64,000 nucleotides of DNA from Eledone cirrhosa (Eukaryota): positions 289,664,001 to 289,728,000 of the forward strand of contig OZ024742.1 of assembly GCA_964016885.1 (NCBI GenBank), read 5' to 3'. Made by a program: the position numbers and the translations under genes. The notes beneath the pieces were generated by a model. That model was not told the DNA's origin, searched no databases, and saw nothing but the letters and a program-made list of their open reading frames with translations. Within the stretch, counting starts at the first letter, position 1. Each line of letters begins with the position of its first letter. Positions 62,731 through 64,000 of this stretch are shown piece after piece.

Positions 62731-64000
62731 GCAGCAGCATAGTAAGTAAGGCAATCAGAGATATGAAGACAGGGAAAGCAACCGGTCCATCGGGTATAGC
62801 TGCTGAGATGCTGAAGGCATCTGGGTCAGTAGGTCACACCATAACCACACAAATTGTTAACCTGGTAATACTAGAGGGTATCATACCAAAGGATTGATGC
62901 AGCAGCATCATTGTCAACTGCTACAAAGGTAAAGGTGATGCACTAGATAGAGGAAACTATAGAGGTATAAGGCTGATGGACCAGGTCATGAAAGTAACAG
63001 AAAGAGTTATAGTACAGTTGATTAGGGACCGGGTGAAACTAGATGAGATGCAATTTGGGTTTGTACCAGGAAAAGGCACCACTGATGCCCTCTTCCTTGT
63101 GAGGCAGTTACAGGAAAAGTACCTAGCTAAAAGTAAGCCGCTCTACCTGGCATTCGTCGATCTGGAAAAAGCCTTCGACAGAGTCCCTCGTGCTATAATC
63201 TGGTGGGGTTCTTAGAAAATTAGGAGTAGATGAATGGCTTGTGAAAGCTGTACATGTATAGAGGAGCAGTCAACAAAGTTAGAATTAGCAATGAATATAG
63301 CGAGGAATTTAACATACAGGTTGGTGTCCACCAGGGCTCTGTTCTTAGCCCTCTCCTGTTCATTATAGTTTTGCAGGCAATAACGGAGGAGTTTAAAACC
63401 GGATGCCCATGAGAACTCCTGTATGCGGATGATCTCGCACTTATAGCTGAATCCATGGTGGAACTAGAGAAGAAATTCCAAACATCTCTTGTGTACCCAT
63501 TGTGTACATCTGTTGTGTACCCATTGTTTGCATTTGGGGCAGAGGATTGAGTTCCTACCCACCTTTCCTACATACTGAGCAAGGCCATTTCCCTGAGGGA
63601 ATCTGGGTTCTGTTTTCTCGTCTACTTACAAGAACCTTAGTCTTTGTCGGGTTGACTTTGAGACCCTTTCTTTCTAGTCCCTGCTTCCATGTTTGGAATT
63701 TCTTCTCTAGTTCCACTCAGGAAGTTTAACTAAGAATGTAGGCTTCATATGTAGCAGCTGCGCTGGGACAGCAAGCAGCAAACGACCACAGGAAACAAGC
63801 ACCCCCAAACTCTGGGAGGGCTCTGTAGAAACAGTAGACAGCTTCTGCTACCTAGGTGACCAAATTAGCAACGGAGGTGGGTGTTCGGAAAGTACAATAA
63901 CTATGGTAAGAACAGGATGGAAGAAGTTCAGGGAGCTACTGCTAGCTGCAAAAGGCTTTTCCCTCAAAATGAAAGGCAGACTGTATGATGCGTGTATACT
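62061..64000 (+). mobile_element. RTE LINE (copy B), degenerate, with an internal inversion at 63482-63716; runs off the right edge
   Basis: ORFs 62067-62897 and 62976-63215; LLYADDL near 63420; stops and frameshifts. Confidence 0.93.

Overview
Eukaryotic (animal) repeat-rich genomic DNA. The repeat landscape (RTE LINEs with (GAT)n tails, tRNA-derived SINEs, abundant (TA)n/(CA)n) resembles an octopus/cephalopod genome; this is an inference. Bases 1-30.5 kb are a highly homogeneous 40-bp tandem satellite with kb-scale higher-order structure. From 32 to 60 kb, ten minus-strand exons with canonical GT-AG sites splice in perfect phase into 640 full codons. They encode the middle of an ANKRD26/CCDC144-like coiled-coil protein; both gene ends appear to lie outside the window, so the satellite is probably intronic. 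Two exons encode a talin rod (R6-like) segment with an intact vinculin-binding-helix consensus, which suggests a talin domain captured into an ANKRD26-like gene. Introns hold an RTE LINE with an intact ORF, a recently disabled Penelope-like element with a minimal hammerhead ribozyme, CR1 and Tx1 remnants, SINEs and MITEs. A near-identical inverted duplication brackets two exons. Homology calls come from recalled sequences and were not checked by database search.
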